A stretch of 62,583 nucleotides of DNA, filler included, from Globobulimina sp. (GCA_003354225.1; 24 parts of 24 records of this genome joined end to end with filler, not necessarily neighbours in it), one strand, 5' to 3'. Positions 49,664 to 62,286 are shown, counted from the whole stretch's first letter. Numbers and translations are program-made. Notes: a model not told the origin generated them from the sequence alone.

Positions 49664-50329
49664 ATGGCAAATTATGATTTGGAGAGTGAGGAAACGCGAC
49701 ATCGCATTGGTAAATTTTTAGGGCCGTTAACTTATGGAATGTTGAGGAATGAGTTGATATTTGCAGATGATTTTGGATATGATTTGGAATATTCACATCT
49801 AAATATACCGACTGATAACGATATGATTGACTATTTTGACACATTTATATTGGAATGGGATAACAGCAATGATTGGGATGCTCAGACAATAAATGAAACG
49901 AATGGAATGAAGATACAATGCAATGATGTCATATTATCGCATCTTTGTTATTCAATTTGTATGAACCAAGGCGGAGAAATATATTTTAACAGAAATGAGG
50001 AAATAAATGAAAATGTTTATGACGATGAAGGATTGAAATTATTTTATGAGAAAACTGATTTTCTGATTGCCAAAGAACTCGAAAATAGCAAATTAAATGT
50101 GATGAATGACGGAGATTGGAGTGAAATTTATGAAATAATTGGTGTTCCACATAGAAAAAAGAAAGTGTGTAATTTCATATCGATGATGAAGTTATGCGCG
50201 GAAATGGGTGAAGAGAATAAGAATTATAAGGTGTCGATTGGATATTTATCAGACGAGGAAAGTAAAACAGTCATAAAGGAAAACAATGCAATATTCAATG
50301 AATGGCTTGCATGGTCTGATTCGTATTGA
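49664..50329 (+). CDS. Acidic hypothetical protein (possibly a pseudogene fragment)
   Basis: 221-aa ORF; the same frame upstream reads DEIGLDDED*F, with an in-frame TAA at 49658. Confidence 0.5.
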   Translation: MANYDLESEETRHRIGKFLGPLTYGMLRNELIFADDFGYDLEYSHLNIPTDNDMIDYFDTFILEWDNSNDWDAQTINETNGMKIQCNDVILSHLCYSICMNQGGEIYFNRNEEINENVYDDEGLKLFYEKTDFLIAKELENSKLNVMNDGDWSEIYEIIGVPHRKKKVCNFISMMKLCAEMGEENKNYKVSIGYLSDEESKTVIKENNAIFNEWLAWSDSY

Positions 50330-50423
50330 GAATTTTGCATTTTCTTTTTTCTTTTTTTTTTGATTTGATTATTATCTGTTTTGTAAAGTTTAGTCAGAGT
50401 TTTGTCAGTCTCGCCGTCCATCC

Positions 50424-52141
50424 ATGGCCTTCCTACCAAGCACAAGCGATGAAAAAAAGAGGGATATTGAGACGGATTGTGATTACGACGACGGTTTGTC
50501 TGACATTGTTTCTTTTTTCCAGTACAAAATAATTAATGATAAACAGAGTTAAATTGTTCGCAAGAATCAATAGTTCATGAGGACGGTGATAAGAGAAAAG
50601 CAATTATAGAATCAATAAAGAACGGAGAGCCTATAATAAAATGCATTGGTCAGTTAGAGAGCAGCTATAAATATGTTGAACGTGGATATGACGAAAATGC
50701 CACAAACTATGGCACCGCCACGGTAATTACTACAATGAATAATAAATGTTTTGCTTTGAGTGTTGCTCATAATATCAGAAAACCTATAAAAGAATGCCAG
50801 AAATGTCAGAAATATATGGCAAATACAGCAAATATTACAAACTGCATTCATTGTAAACATGATAAGTTAGAATGTAAATTGATATCTGCCACAAAGATAG
50901 AATTCAGAAGAAGAGAAATTAGAAAACATACATCTGTCTACGATGATGAACAAAAAGAAAGAATCCATTATGACTTTGGGGATAACAGGAAAGGCTATGA
51001 ATGTTTATGCGAATATATTGATGATGGAAACTATAATTTGTATCCATTTGTAACCGCCGGATATGATTATTGCGTATTATCATTCATCAACGATGACAAT
51101 TATAAATATTGGCAGTATTGCTCAAATATCAGGATTAAAAATGCCATATTTGCATTAAGAAATAAAAGTGTTCCTAAATTTAACATTTATGGATATCCAA
51201 TGAAAGAAACCGAAACAGAAAAACATAATAAAATGTACGGAATGGAATCAACAGCAAGTAATTATTCAGTCAAAATATCAAAAATAAGCAATGGATATTA
51301 TCTAAAACACAGAGAAATTGATTGTACGGAGGGCCAATCCGGATCTCCCATTTGGTACAAAAACAATAATATGACAGTAATATTTGCCATACATTCTGGC
51401 GGGGATAATGACAGAAAATATAATGTTGCTACGCTTATAAATGATGGAATATTAGATATGATTAAACAATCCAGATTCAAACAGATTGAATTATATTCTA
51501 TTGGTAATAACGAAGATGGACAACAAGGAAACGGAGAAAACAAAGATATTAAAAAAATAACAAAAATAAAAACATTTGATAAAAAAATAAAAAATATTGT
51601 TACTTGTGGTAGTTATTGGCATTATGTTGGTGTAGCAGCATATATTTTATTTGATGATGAAACATATGAATGTTGTGGTTATAATAAAAAGGGTGTATTA
51701 GGTGTTGGACATTATAATAATATTAATATATGGCATCAAATGAAAGATATGAAAATAAAAAATATATTCTCAGCACCGAACGAATCAGCACACTCATTTT
51801 GTATTTCCAATGAGAATAAATTATATGCTGTCGGATGGAATAATAATAATCAATTTGGTATAGAAACAAATGAAAAAAATAATAATAAATGGACACCAAT
51901 TAATACATCATTATCAATTCAAAAAGTAGCCACATCCGGGCGTTATACAACATTTTTAAGTACAAATGGTAAAATATATGTTGCTGGTTATGATTATGGT
52001 TTAGGTGGTTTAGGATTAGGTAAAGATATTAAATCATCACCAAATATTCAAGAAATTCAAATGAACACAAAATTTGAGGATATATATTGTGGATATTCTC
52101 ATACCTTAGCAATTGATGATAATTATGGAGTTCGGTCATGG
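50424..52141 (+). CDS. V8/glutamyl-endopeptidase-like trypsin-fold serine protease fused to RCC1-like repeats (3' partial)
   Basis: Intron 50494-50546; GTAT, SVAHN, YDY, IYGYP, DCTEGQSGSPI, AIHSGG; then GNNEDGQQG, GYNKKGVLG, GWNNNNQFG, IYCGYSHTLAI. Confidence 0.85.
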
Positions 52142-52241
52142 NNNNNNNNNNNNNNNNNNNNNNNNNNNNNNNNNNNNNNNNNNNNTTAATTAATTAANNN
52201 NNNNNNNNNNNNNNNNNNNNNNNNNNNNNNNNNNNNNNNNN

Positions 52242-53467
52242 TCAATATCTTCCACAAACGAGATTTGTTTGCCACACCAACAACATTCAAACATATATCC
52301 AAGCTGTGTCATGCGAATATTTCCCGGCAATATCACAGGCACAGCCTCCCAACAATGGCAATTACCGGATATAAAATCGCTGCATAAAGAGCGCGAACAA
52401 TCTTCCAACATTTCGACATGAGACATAATGGCTGAATATGGCCGATTATAAATATCAGCGCGGCTATGCCCAATGCATTGCTGTTCGTATTCATACTTTG
52501 CCGCAGTGTCATTTTCTATGTCCACAACTTCAGCTAACGGAGGCTGTGGTATTTGATACACAGAGTCAGTGTCGGCATCGTAATAAGTGTTTTCGTGCTG
52601 TATTTTGATGTTTTTTTTTGCTTTTTTTATGGGTGGACTCAAAAGTTGAATGTCGCTGTCAGTGTTTGTGTGATCAGTGGGTGTGATATCCGTGTCAGTA
52701 TCATGAGTATATTGCGGTTTTTTGCGTTTACGGTTACGATTCCGAGTACGATTCAATGTTAATTTTAATTTTTTATTTGAATTTGTTGTCGAACTGAATG
52801 GATATTGTTTGGTTACAATAGGTTTGCTGTTTTTTATTTGGATCCAATATTGTTTGCTACATTTGGTGGAGATACATAATGCGTTTTTTAATTGAAAGCT
52901 TTGTAACGGAATCTGTACCATATTGGAGGTGGTGCAGTATGGACAGTGCACTTTGTAGCGATTTTTCTGTTTGGATTTGTTCAATGTTAATTTTAATCTT
53001 TTTTTGGGTTTTTGTTTTATAATTTCTTTTTTTGGCGGCTGTTGTTCTGATTCATCAAAGGATTGAGAGTCTGAGTCGGATGGTGATGGTGAGGGTGATT
53101 CAGAGGAAGATTCTTCGTCTTCGGTCGATTGCTTTCGTGGAATGGATATTTTGCCATTGATTAATTTTTTTAATAGTTCGTTTTTATTCCCTTGATGTCT
53201 CTTGGAAGCTTTATGTGAGATCCATTGTGGTATCCAATGTTGTGTCGATTTTGTATTAAATGTATGATTACAAACGAGGCAATGATGGCATCCATGATTA
53301 TCGGTCATAATGTCGCACATTAAATCATTTTTTAGTTGTTTTTCTGTTAATACATCACAATAAACTGTATTCCATTTAGATGCTCTTGTTTTTGGCGATC
53401 TGCTTGTTTTGGATGAACGAGTTGATGTTGAATTGCGATTTGATCGACGCGAACTTCGACGTTTCAT
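52242..53467 (-). CDS. Basic nuclear protein with U1/C2H2-like finger and zinc ribbon (3' partial)
   Basis: CLVC...HKASKRH; CPYC...CISTKC; duplicated LKLTLN; Cys-rich C-terminal part. Confidence 0.6.
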
Positions 53468-53566
53468 TATTGCAAGTTTTGATGAGGATCTGCTGAAAAA
53501 CTTCAAGTCTTTAGATAATCTTATTGAGATTTTAGCTGTCGATGAATATATCTGTGCAAAACTATA

Positions 53567-54511
53567 TTAATTTAATATCATATACGAGTCAGTCGAAGGA
53601 CGGATTGTCTTCATTTCAAATGAATATACTGTGCAAATTGGCTCGCTCTCACTGCAACAATGTTTAATACATTTATCGCAATATTTGCAACATTTCATAT
53701 AGAATTTATAATTCATATCCATTGCTAAAAATAATGCAAGAACATTGATAATAGAATCCAATGGGAATAAAAGTCTTTGCGCTCTAAGAAACCATTTGAT
53801 ACTTTTAAACATATTTGAAACAAAACCAATCCATGTAATACACACTAGAATTGCTTCAATTTGAGTCGAAATTGTAACAATTATCGCCAACATAAAGTAT
53901 TTACAGGTGATATCCAATAATTTATCCGGCTCATCATAAACAATCGAATTTAATGCATTGTTGCTTAAATCAATTGAAATCAATCTTATTTTGCAAATGA
54001 ACATAGATATTAACATGAGAGATAAAAGAAAATCGATCAATTCTACACCAACTGCATAAATATTATCAAATTCATTTTCTAAATTACGATTAGTGATAAT
54101 TTGTGTAAGCATCCAAGCTATCACACAAGCAATGTATCCCAATAACAATATACCAAACATCACATAAAAACATACAGATAATCTGTATTTTGAGCCAGAA
54201 AAGGCATAACCTGTTCGTAGTAGAAACAATATGTAGCATAATATTTGCCCGCAATGCCAAGTAATTAGTATGGCACCATTTAAAATAATATGTATTTGGT
54301 CTGTTGCTTTGTGCAAATGAATGTAAATACTAATTGCCATGGATATAATGTACATAATCATGGAACTCATGGTTACCAGTAATATATGTGGCTGTGGATG
54401 AATGTATGGGTTTCTACAATGATGCAAACCAATTAATGCAACACAAATCATCAAGCATAATGTTACAGAAACAATCTCAAATGACATCTCCAGTGTACCA
54501 ACGACAGGCAT
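53567..54511 (-). CDS. Orphan 7TM/GPCR-like protein
   Basis: Seven hydrophobic segments; IDFLLSLMLISMFICKI; LDSIINVLALFL...Y.KCCKYCD. Confidence 0.75.
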   Translation of the reverse strand: MPVVGTLEMSFEIVSVTLCLMICVALIGLHHCRNPYIHPQPHILLVTMSSMIMYIISMAISIYIHLHKATDQIHIILNGAILITWHCGQILCYILFLLRTGYAFSGSKYRLSVCFYVMFGILLLGYIACVIAWMLTQIITNRNLENEFDNIYAVGVELIDFLLSLMLISMFICKIRLISIDLSNNALNSIVYDEPDKLLDITCKYFMLAIIVTISTQIEAILVCITWIGFVSNMFKSIKWFLRAQRLLFPLDSIINVLALFLAMDMNYKFYMKCCKYCDKCIKHCCSESEPICTVYSFEMKTIRPSTDSYMILN

Positions 54512-54852
54512 TGTGTTGTTACTTGTTAATAAGTAGTGAGTTTTAGTTTTTTGCAAAATGTATTTCAAAAAGAAGTGTTTGCTAACACTTCCAATTCGTT
54601 TTTGTGTTATAACATAGAAATACCGTTTCGGAACAAAGTATACAAAAAATAGAACACTTCATCGCAACAAACATCCAGGAGGGGATCTAATATTGTTATT
54701 TACAAATAAATATTTTCTAAATTGACATTAATTCCACAAACTTGCAACGATTNNNNNNNNNNNNNNNNNNNNNNNNNNNNNNNNNNNNNNNNNNNNTTAA
54801 TTAATTAANNNNNNNNNNNNNNNNNNNNNNNNNNNNNNNNNNNNNNNNNNNN

Positions 54853-57159
54853 AAAAACGCTTTAAAAACTGCAAATGAAAAAGCATCAATATACAAAAAT
54901 AAATTAAAAATATTACAGAAGTTAAGAGCGGAAAATAGATTACAAATTACAAATTCCGATCAAGTGCAAGAGTCAAAAAGTAATTTGGATGATTTACATT
55001 CTCAAATTATTGCACTGGATCAAGAGCATAAAGCATTGAAATGTATGAATGATGAGAAACAATCTGAATTGGAAAATAAAATTAAGCAAACTGAAGCATT
55101 ACAAAATGAATATTATCAAATTGTATTAAAGAATGCAGATTATGAGAAACAGATTGATTTAGTAAAAGATAACGGTATGAAACAACAAAAACACTTAATT
55201 GAAGAAAATAGCAAACTAAAGTCCGCGTATAGTGATCTAAGAAGCGAAATAAATCATTTGAGACAAAAATCCGTCAATGAATTACAGCAACAACACTGCG
55301 AATACACAGAAAATCTATCTCAAATACAAAAAGAATTAGAGGGAAATAAGAAGAAATGTCAACAATTAAATGACAAATTGCAAGAACATGAACAATTCAA
55401 TGAAAAAACATCAAAACTGGAAAAACAACATAATGATAACATCCATCACGAATTGGAGAAATATAAATTATTAAACAATGAATTTGTTGAAAATGAAAAA
55501 GAATGGATTCATGCAATTAAAACAGAGAAAGAGAAAATAAATAAATTAGAGAGAGAAAAGAAATTATTACATAAACAATTGGAAACATATAAATTAAGTG
55601 CAACAGAAAGGGAGCAATTGCAGTTAGAAAAGCAAAGTCAAACAAAAGAAAAAAACTTAAAAAGTTCAATTATTTTGACATCTGCAGGTCATAAAGACAA
55701 AACTGATGAAATTGATCACTATAAAGACGAAATGGAAAATATAATACAAAAACAAGATAAATTATTAATTCAATTGAATGAGAGTATGAATGTAAATGAT
55801 GAACTTAAAAAAAGAATTATTGAATTAAATAATGACAAAATGCAATTACAGAAACAGATAGAAACAAATGTATCGGAATTAAAACAGAAATCCGAAATCA
55901 TAACAAATAAAGAAAATAATTTTAAAATGGAGATTAACAAATTACAAAAAAATATTAAGGATAAAACATCTGAAACACAAATATTAATAAAAGAAAATAA
56001 AACTTTGAATGGAGCAAATAACGAATTGAAGAAACAAACAGATTCATTTAAAATGCAAAGAAAGATGGAAATAAATGAATTAGAATTAAATAATGAAAAT
56101 TCACAAAAAGTAAACAGTGAACGTATGGTTAAAATAAATAAATATAAAAATTTAGTTGATATGTTGCAAAAAAAAGTGAATGAATTGGAGGAGGAGACGG
56201 TGGATAAATTACAGCATGAAATTGAATATCGACAGTCTCGAGTTACAATATTAAAACAAAAGATAGCATATTTACAAACAGCGAATGAACAGAAAGTGGA
56301 AGAATATGAGAGAATAAATGCAAATCAAAAGGAATTACAAAATAAAACCATCAAAAACATACAGAAAAATGAGATGAAATCGGAGAAGAAAATAAAAATA
56401 TTAACAGAAGAAATTGCACGAAACAAATCTGAGATGAAATTGCAATTAATATCATCAGAGAACAGACAAAAAGCAATGAAACAAAAAGTAGCAGAATTGG
56501 ATAAAATAATAAAATGTAAAGATGTTGAATATGAACATAATGAAATTAATACACAATCATTAATATTAAAACTAAGAAAATATAACAGGTTTACCAAACA
56601 TTTATGCAATATTTTACAATTTAAGGATGAAAATAATTTGGTTGAATTGGTAAACATATTTCAAAATAGATTAAGGTTTTATAGAATAATGAACAAATCA
56701 TGTGATTTCTTGTTAGATATTATGAACGATCCATCATTGGATTTAAATGTGGCAACAAACAGTTTGACTAAAATCACAATGAAATACGATATTGCTTCAC
56801 TTGACAATGGAACAAATATAATTGAAATGGATATGCCAATGTCTTTAGTCACTAATGTTATGTTTCAAATGTTGGCAACAGATAATTATAACAATGAAAC
56901 TGAACAACTGACAGTTTGTATTAAATTGTTTTATAAATTGCCATGGAATAAAGAAATACAATGGATTGGAGTGCATGGAACAGAAAAAGAAAAGACTATA
57001 ACAATAAATACTGCATCATTAAGGGACTTGAGGTTATATCCATGTTTTACCGAAAAAATCAAATTAGAAATTAGCTGTGTTGATACAAAAATGAAACAAA
57101 CAAATATTAAACGCAAAATTTCAGTGAATATTGTTGGGAAAAAATTAAATTTTAATTGA
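54853..57159 (+). CDS. Long coiled-coil protein (5' partial)
   Basis: Over 730 aa, heptad-rich K/E/Q/L, globular C-terminus. Confidence 0.75.
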   Translation, partial: KNALKTANEKASIYKNKLKILQKLRAENRLQITNSDQVQESKSNLDDLHSQIIALDQEHKALKCMNDEKQSELENKIKQTEALQNEYYQIVLKNADYEKQIDLVKDNGMKQQKHLIEENSKLKSAYSDLRSEINHLRQKSVNELQQQHCEYTENLSQIQKELEGNKKKCQQLNDKLQEHEQFNEKTSKLEKQHNDNIHHELEKYKLLNNEFVENEKEWIHAIKTEKEKINKLEREKKLLHKQLETYKLSATEREQLQLEKQSQTKEKNLKSSIILTSAGHKDKTDEIDHYKDEMENIIQKQDKLLIQLNESMNVNDELKKRIIELNNDKMQLQKQIETNVSELKQKSEIITNKENNFKMEINKLQKNIKDKTSETQILIKENKTLNGANNELKKQTDSFKMQRKMEINELELNNENSQKVNSERMVKINKYKNLVDMLQKKVNELEEETVDKLQHEIEYRQSRVTILKQKIAYLQTANEQKVEEYERINANQKELQNKTIKNIQKNEMKSEKKIKILTEEIARNKSEMKLQLISSENRQKAMKQKVAELDKIIKCKDVEYEHNEINTQSLILKLRKYNRFTKHLCNILQFKDENNLVELVNIFQNRLRFYRIMNKSCDFLLDIMNDPSLDLNVATNSLTKITMKYDIASLDNGTNIIEMDMPMSLVTNVMFQMLATDNYNNETEQLTVCIKLFYKLPWNKEIQWIGVHGTEKEKTITINTASLRDLRLYPCFTEKIKLEISCVDTKMKQTNIKRKISVNIVGKKLNFN

Positions 57160-57198
57160 AACTTCACTATACAAACATAACTAACCTTCAATATGATA

Positions 57199-57363
57199 CA
57201 CTTAACTTTTTTGGCTTAGTTTCGTTTAATTTCATTTCAACGATTAGCAAAGTTTTTGGGTTAGCTAGAGCGGTTTTCAACTTCGAATACTAGGATACTA
57301 GGTCATTGAATACTAGGTCAACCACTCTAGCTAACCCAAAAACTTTGCTAATCGTTGAAATGA
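57199..57363. mobile_element. Foldback/MITE family A element with 39-bp perfect inverted repeat
   Basis: 57232-57270 is the exact reverse complement of 57325-57363; the spacer holds ATACTAGG x3. Confidence 0.8.
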
Positions 57364-57480
57364 NNNNNNNNNNNNNNNNNNNNNNNNNNNNNNNNNNNNN
57401 NNNNNNNTTAATTAATTAANNNNNNNNNNNNNNNNNNNNNNNNNNNNNNNNNNNNNNNNNNNNTAAAAATTATATAGGTT

Positions 57481-57534
57481 TGCCTTCGTTTCTCAGAAAC
57501 AATAATAATCTGACGTTGAAAACCGGATGCTCTT
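57481..57534. repeat. Right half of MITE family B
   Basis: TGCCTTCGTTTCTCAGAAACAATAA shared with 46565; ends TGAAAACCGGATGCTCTT, the reverse complement of 46509-46526. Confidence 0.85.
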
Positions 57535-57813
57535 ATTCAGGGACTCATTTTTGAAGTTGTGTTTGGATCGCTAGCCATTGTTGCTTTGTGAAACATTATC
57601 TTGATATTGATATTAATATTTTTGTGTGCGCAAGGATAAATATGTATAATTAAAACATCAGTACAAAGGCGTTGTCCCAACATTTGAAAGAAAGAGTGGA
57701 TATTATTATCCGCAGTCTACAAGTCGCCTCTGATCACACTCAATACATATTACGGTTTTCTATATAACAACATATTATGTATACAATAGATTTATGAAAA
57801 TAAAATTAATGAA

Positions 57814-59973
57814 TTAATGTCTAATTTTTTCGATGTGATTTATAATTTTAATTTGATGCGCAAGCAATGTAATACCAATCCTATTCAAATCAGTCTCATC
57901 ATCTATTTCCTGTAACATTTCAAGCGAATCAAAACCATTTTGAATAAACATATCATAATATCTAAGCAATCCAATTGAATCCAACCACAAATTAATCTCT
58001 TTTGCTCCATCCTCACCTTCAATCAAATCATTCTCCGCAGGCTCAGTATCAATTATTTGTTTTTCTTCAAATTTGTTTTTTGTAATCGGATTTCCATTTG
58101 TTTGATTTTCTGATAAATCTTCAATATATCCACCATCAGTTTCAACCACATCAACGTTAACACCCTGTAAATTATCCATATTTCCAAAATCCGTGGAATT
58201 GGCCATTTCTAAGACATCATTATCGGCAACAACTGCATCGCCATCACCACCGACTAACAATTTTCCCATTTGAATCATCGTTGATATTTTATTTTGATCA
58301 CGATGGCCATTGTCTGTTTGTGCAATATCCATAAATTCATTCAATTCTTGCTCGCTATAACATTGTCTATCATTTGCTCGCTTGAGTGATAAAATAAAAT
58401 CCAAATCTTGTTTAGTTAAAATATTCGGTGACAATCGATAATGATCCAATACATTTTTACCGTCAGAGTCACGTTTATCTATCAACGATGTGTCGCATTC
58501 AATCATTTTCCTTACATTCTTTTCCAATTCAATTGCAATCCAAAAAGCATTCATTCCGGCAATTTCATTATGAACTTTTGTGGCTAATTCTGGTTTCATT
58601 CGATATATACAAAAAAGATGTTCTTCAGTGAATGTCTCAGGATTTTCTTGAATTACATCCAATAAATCAATGGTAAAAATTGTCTTTTCCAATGCAATAA
58701 TTCTTTGCTTCAAAAATTCTATAATTCGTTTTTTATTTCTTTTAATCGCTAAACGTAACAGACATCGCTCGTTCTCATCATCATATACTCCAAATTGACG
58801 AAAATAAATTTGTCTCTCTAATATTGCATCATTGATATCATTGTCGTCATTATTTCTATTGGCGGATACCATTCGTTTTAAACTTCTCGAAGTCGACGCT
58901 CTATGCTTAAACACTTTGTGTTGGATTAATATGGATAACAATATGGGAGCAACCATTACAGCACAACAACAGTAAACAAATATATATAATACATAGGAAT
59001 TCGCAAATTCATTTCTATAAATAAAATGCACACATTTCCAACAATTGAAATCATAAAAAAATGCAAATCCAATAAATATTAATAAAATAATATTTGAAAT
59101 GGTTCGATACACAAAAATAATGGCACTGATAATTCGCGTTTTATGTGACATTGAAATAATGACAGTAACAATACTAAGCAACAGCTCATAATGTAATGTT
59201 TTCCATGAAATCACCAAAAATACAACAAATTCCACACAAACAATGAAAAATAAACTGTAGCCGCCAATCACTAACCACACCAATAACATGCACGAAAAAC
59301 GAGACGTAACATCGAAAAATCGAAATAACATTCTCGACACAAACAACATTGAAATTGCGCCATTCTCTTTAAACGGTTGAAATTGTTGGCCATTATCATT
59401 AATTGCTGCATCATCGGGATCATAATAGATAATATCCACTGTTTTATAATATATAATGAAAGGAAAGAATATGACACCAGCCACCATCATAAATACTGTC
59501 CACATAAATCCTTTGCAAATACTACAAAAAGCTTTGCATTTTCCGTCTTTTTTTGTAAAATTTAATTTCTTTGCTTTGGAATTTACGATGTCTTTGTCCT
59601 CTGAAATTATTTTTAGAATTACGCTGAAAAGTGAAGAAATTAATGATATCAAAATTATCCAATTAAAGCCTCTCGTCCTCACCAAATATACCATTTGAAT
59701 GAGTGTTTGTGGCATACTTTCTAAACTTGCCTCCATTTTCGTAATCCTATGTATTATATAAACATGTTTCATTCACAATATTTGAAAAAGTATATAGTGC
59801 GTACTTACCATTTCTGCGGATTGCTAGGTTCGTTTTTGTCGCATAAAAATGTTGTTTGTAACGCCACAAAAATCTCAAAATCAAACATTTGTAAAATAAA
59901 TCGTTTTGCGCTTTTCGTGTAATAAAATATCAAAAAAGCACTGACAATCCGATAGACAACAAAAGATAAAATG
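57814..59973 (-). CDS. XK-related (Xkr/CED-8-like) membrane protein with ankyrin-like repeats and C-terminal SAM (5' partial)
   Basis: EASLESMPQTLIQMVYL, FRFFDVTSRF; DKRDSDGKNVLDH; WLDSIGLLRYYDMFIQNGFDSLE...LNRIGITLLAHQIKII; intron 59747-59808. Confidence 0.72.
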
Positions 59974-60073
59974 NNNNNNNNNNNNNNNNNNNNNNNNNNN
60001 NNNNNNNNNNNNNNNNNTTAATTAATTAANNNNNNNNNNNNNNNNNNNNNNNNNNNNNNNNNNNNNNNNNNNN

Positions 60074-62286
60074 CAAGATGAAGATGACGACCACGACAAT
60101 CAAACGCAACCCCAACCACCACCACAACCAGAACCAGAACCAGAAGAAGAAGAAGAAGAAACCGCGGAAGAAATCTGGCGAACGGTTTGTATTTCAAATT
60201 TATCAGATTCTTTGAAAGAAGATCAATTAAGAGATTTATTTAAAGCCTGCGGCGATATTGAAATATTATGCATAAAATTAAAATTCGGTCAAGGCCGTGT
60301 CTGCTACATTCGATTTACTAACAATGACTGTGCGCAAACTGCGCTATTATTAAATGGCAAATCATTGGACTCGAAACCATTACAAATCAAACTCGTAAAT
60401 GATGAGATTTTAGCAAATTACAAAGAAAGCACCACCAACCACACCAACACCGATCCCACCAATACACCAAACGACGCCACCGACCAACAACAAACCGCTC
60501 TGCAAACCGTGCATTCCATGTCCACCGCCAAAAAATTAGTTACGTTATCTGCTCCTTCATCGATCGCAAAATCGCACAAAAAACACACACAGACAAACGA
60601 GCTCCAACCCGGCGACATTCTCGCCTCTCTCACCAACGGTGTGACGGACGAAAACAAGCTGCTTCGAGGCAAGGAAGAGGAAGAAAGACAGGAAAAGTTG
60701 GCCCGTACCATCTATGTCGGCAATTTGAACCCAATGATTCAATCTGAACATTTATCGGAATTTTTCAGTGTCTGCGGCAAGGTGAACTTGGTGAAAATCG
60801 CAGGGAACTCCACCAACCCTCAAGCGGCCAGATATGGCTTTGTAGAGTTTGAAAATTTAGAATCCGCGCGGAGCGCTTACAATTTATCTGGCCATTTCTT
60901 ATTGGACCGACCCATTAAAATCGGCCCCGCTAAGAATGCCATATTAAATCCGCATCCGTCCAAAGCAAACATTGTGACGAATCCTGTCAAAATCAACCAC
61001 GCCATGGCTAAGGTGAGGTTGTTGCAACAACGCATTTCAAACCGCTATATTTCCACAAAGGACGAGGTCGCAGACGCTGCGGATAAAAAAAAAGTGTCAC
61101 GGTCGCGATCGCGGTCGCGGTCACGGTCCAGATCTCGGCACAAACGGTCGAGACATAAGGAACGAAGGCGAGGCAGAAGTGACAGGGATAGGGACCGCGA
61201 GAAGGCGAAGAAAAGTAAAAAGAAGTCCGAGGTACGTAATATTATACATTTCTATTACCGATAAGTTGCGCCATTTAGTCTGATATTTGTATGCCTTTTT
61301 TGTCCGGTTTTTGTCCTAAACTTTGTTTTGAAATATAGTGTCAAATAAAAGTCGATAAACCAATTTCTAAAAGGAATGAGTCACAGAAAACCTCTCAAAA
61401 TGACAAGAAGAAAGATAGGAAAAAAGCAAAAGTCAGATTAAAGGCGAAAAATAGGGAAAGGAAAGTGAGTAAAGACCGATATCACAGTCATAGCCATCAT
61501 GGCTCCTCGCGCTATTCGTCACGGTATAGATATAGAAGTAGGTCACGGTCCAGATCTCGGTCGCGGTCCAGATCCCGGTCAGACTCTTACGATTCGTATG
61601 GGTATAGGTCGCGGGGCGGGAGGCATAAAAAGAAAAATAAGAAGAAGAAAAAGGAAAATGATGACAGGGACAAAGGGAAAGATACCGAGAAAAGCAAAAA
61701 TAAAAATAAATCGGACGACAATACTGCGGATACAACGGATAAGGACGCGGATGCGAATAAGGACGGCGCTGCCAATGGGGAGGTGGCTGTCGGTGAGAAG
61801 CGGAGTGGAATGATATGGGACGGCTTTCAGTGGCATCCCGCACCAAATATCAATGTGGCAGAGTATCGGCAAAGCAAATACCCGCCGCATTTGTTGCATA
61901 ATCAGAGAATGCGCGAAGAGTCTAATCTGGCGCTGTTGGCTGTGAATTCGCCAAATATACAGCAAGCGGCGGCGTTGGCGGCCAGCGGCACAAAGTTGAA
62001 CACCAAGTATCCACCCAACCCGATGAATGCGTGCCCGTTGGTGGACCCTGACATTGCGGCCGCGTGCGCTGCGGCGGCGGCGGCGGCGGGCACTTTGACG
62101 CCGCAGCAAGCGACCATATTGAAGTTAGCCACTGTGAATAAAACGGCATTTTTAGGAGCGGGTAAAGCTGCGAATAATGATAATGTACAACAGACATCGT
62201 TTATGACACATCAATTGTCATCGAATGCTGTTCAGCAACAAATGAGTAAATTCTTCCCGTCTTTACTTAAGAAAAATGATTCATAA
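60074..62286 (+). CDS. SR-family splicing regulator with two RRMs and RS domain (SRSF11/SREK1-like), 5' partial
   Basis: RTVCISNL...LF..CG.I; RTIYVGNL...FFSVCGKV...RYGFVEF; RS repeats; intron 61232-61338. Confidence 0.85.

Noticed and set aside
61433..62197. Multiple overlapping ORFs
   Set aside because: Alternative-frame shadows of the GC-richer SR protein exon.
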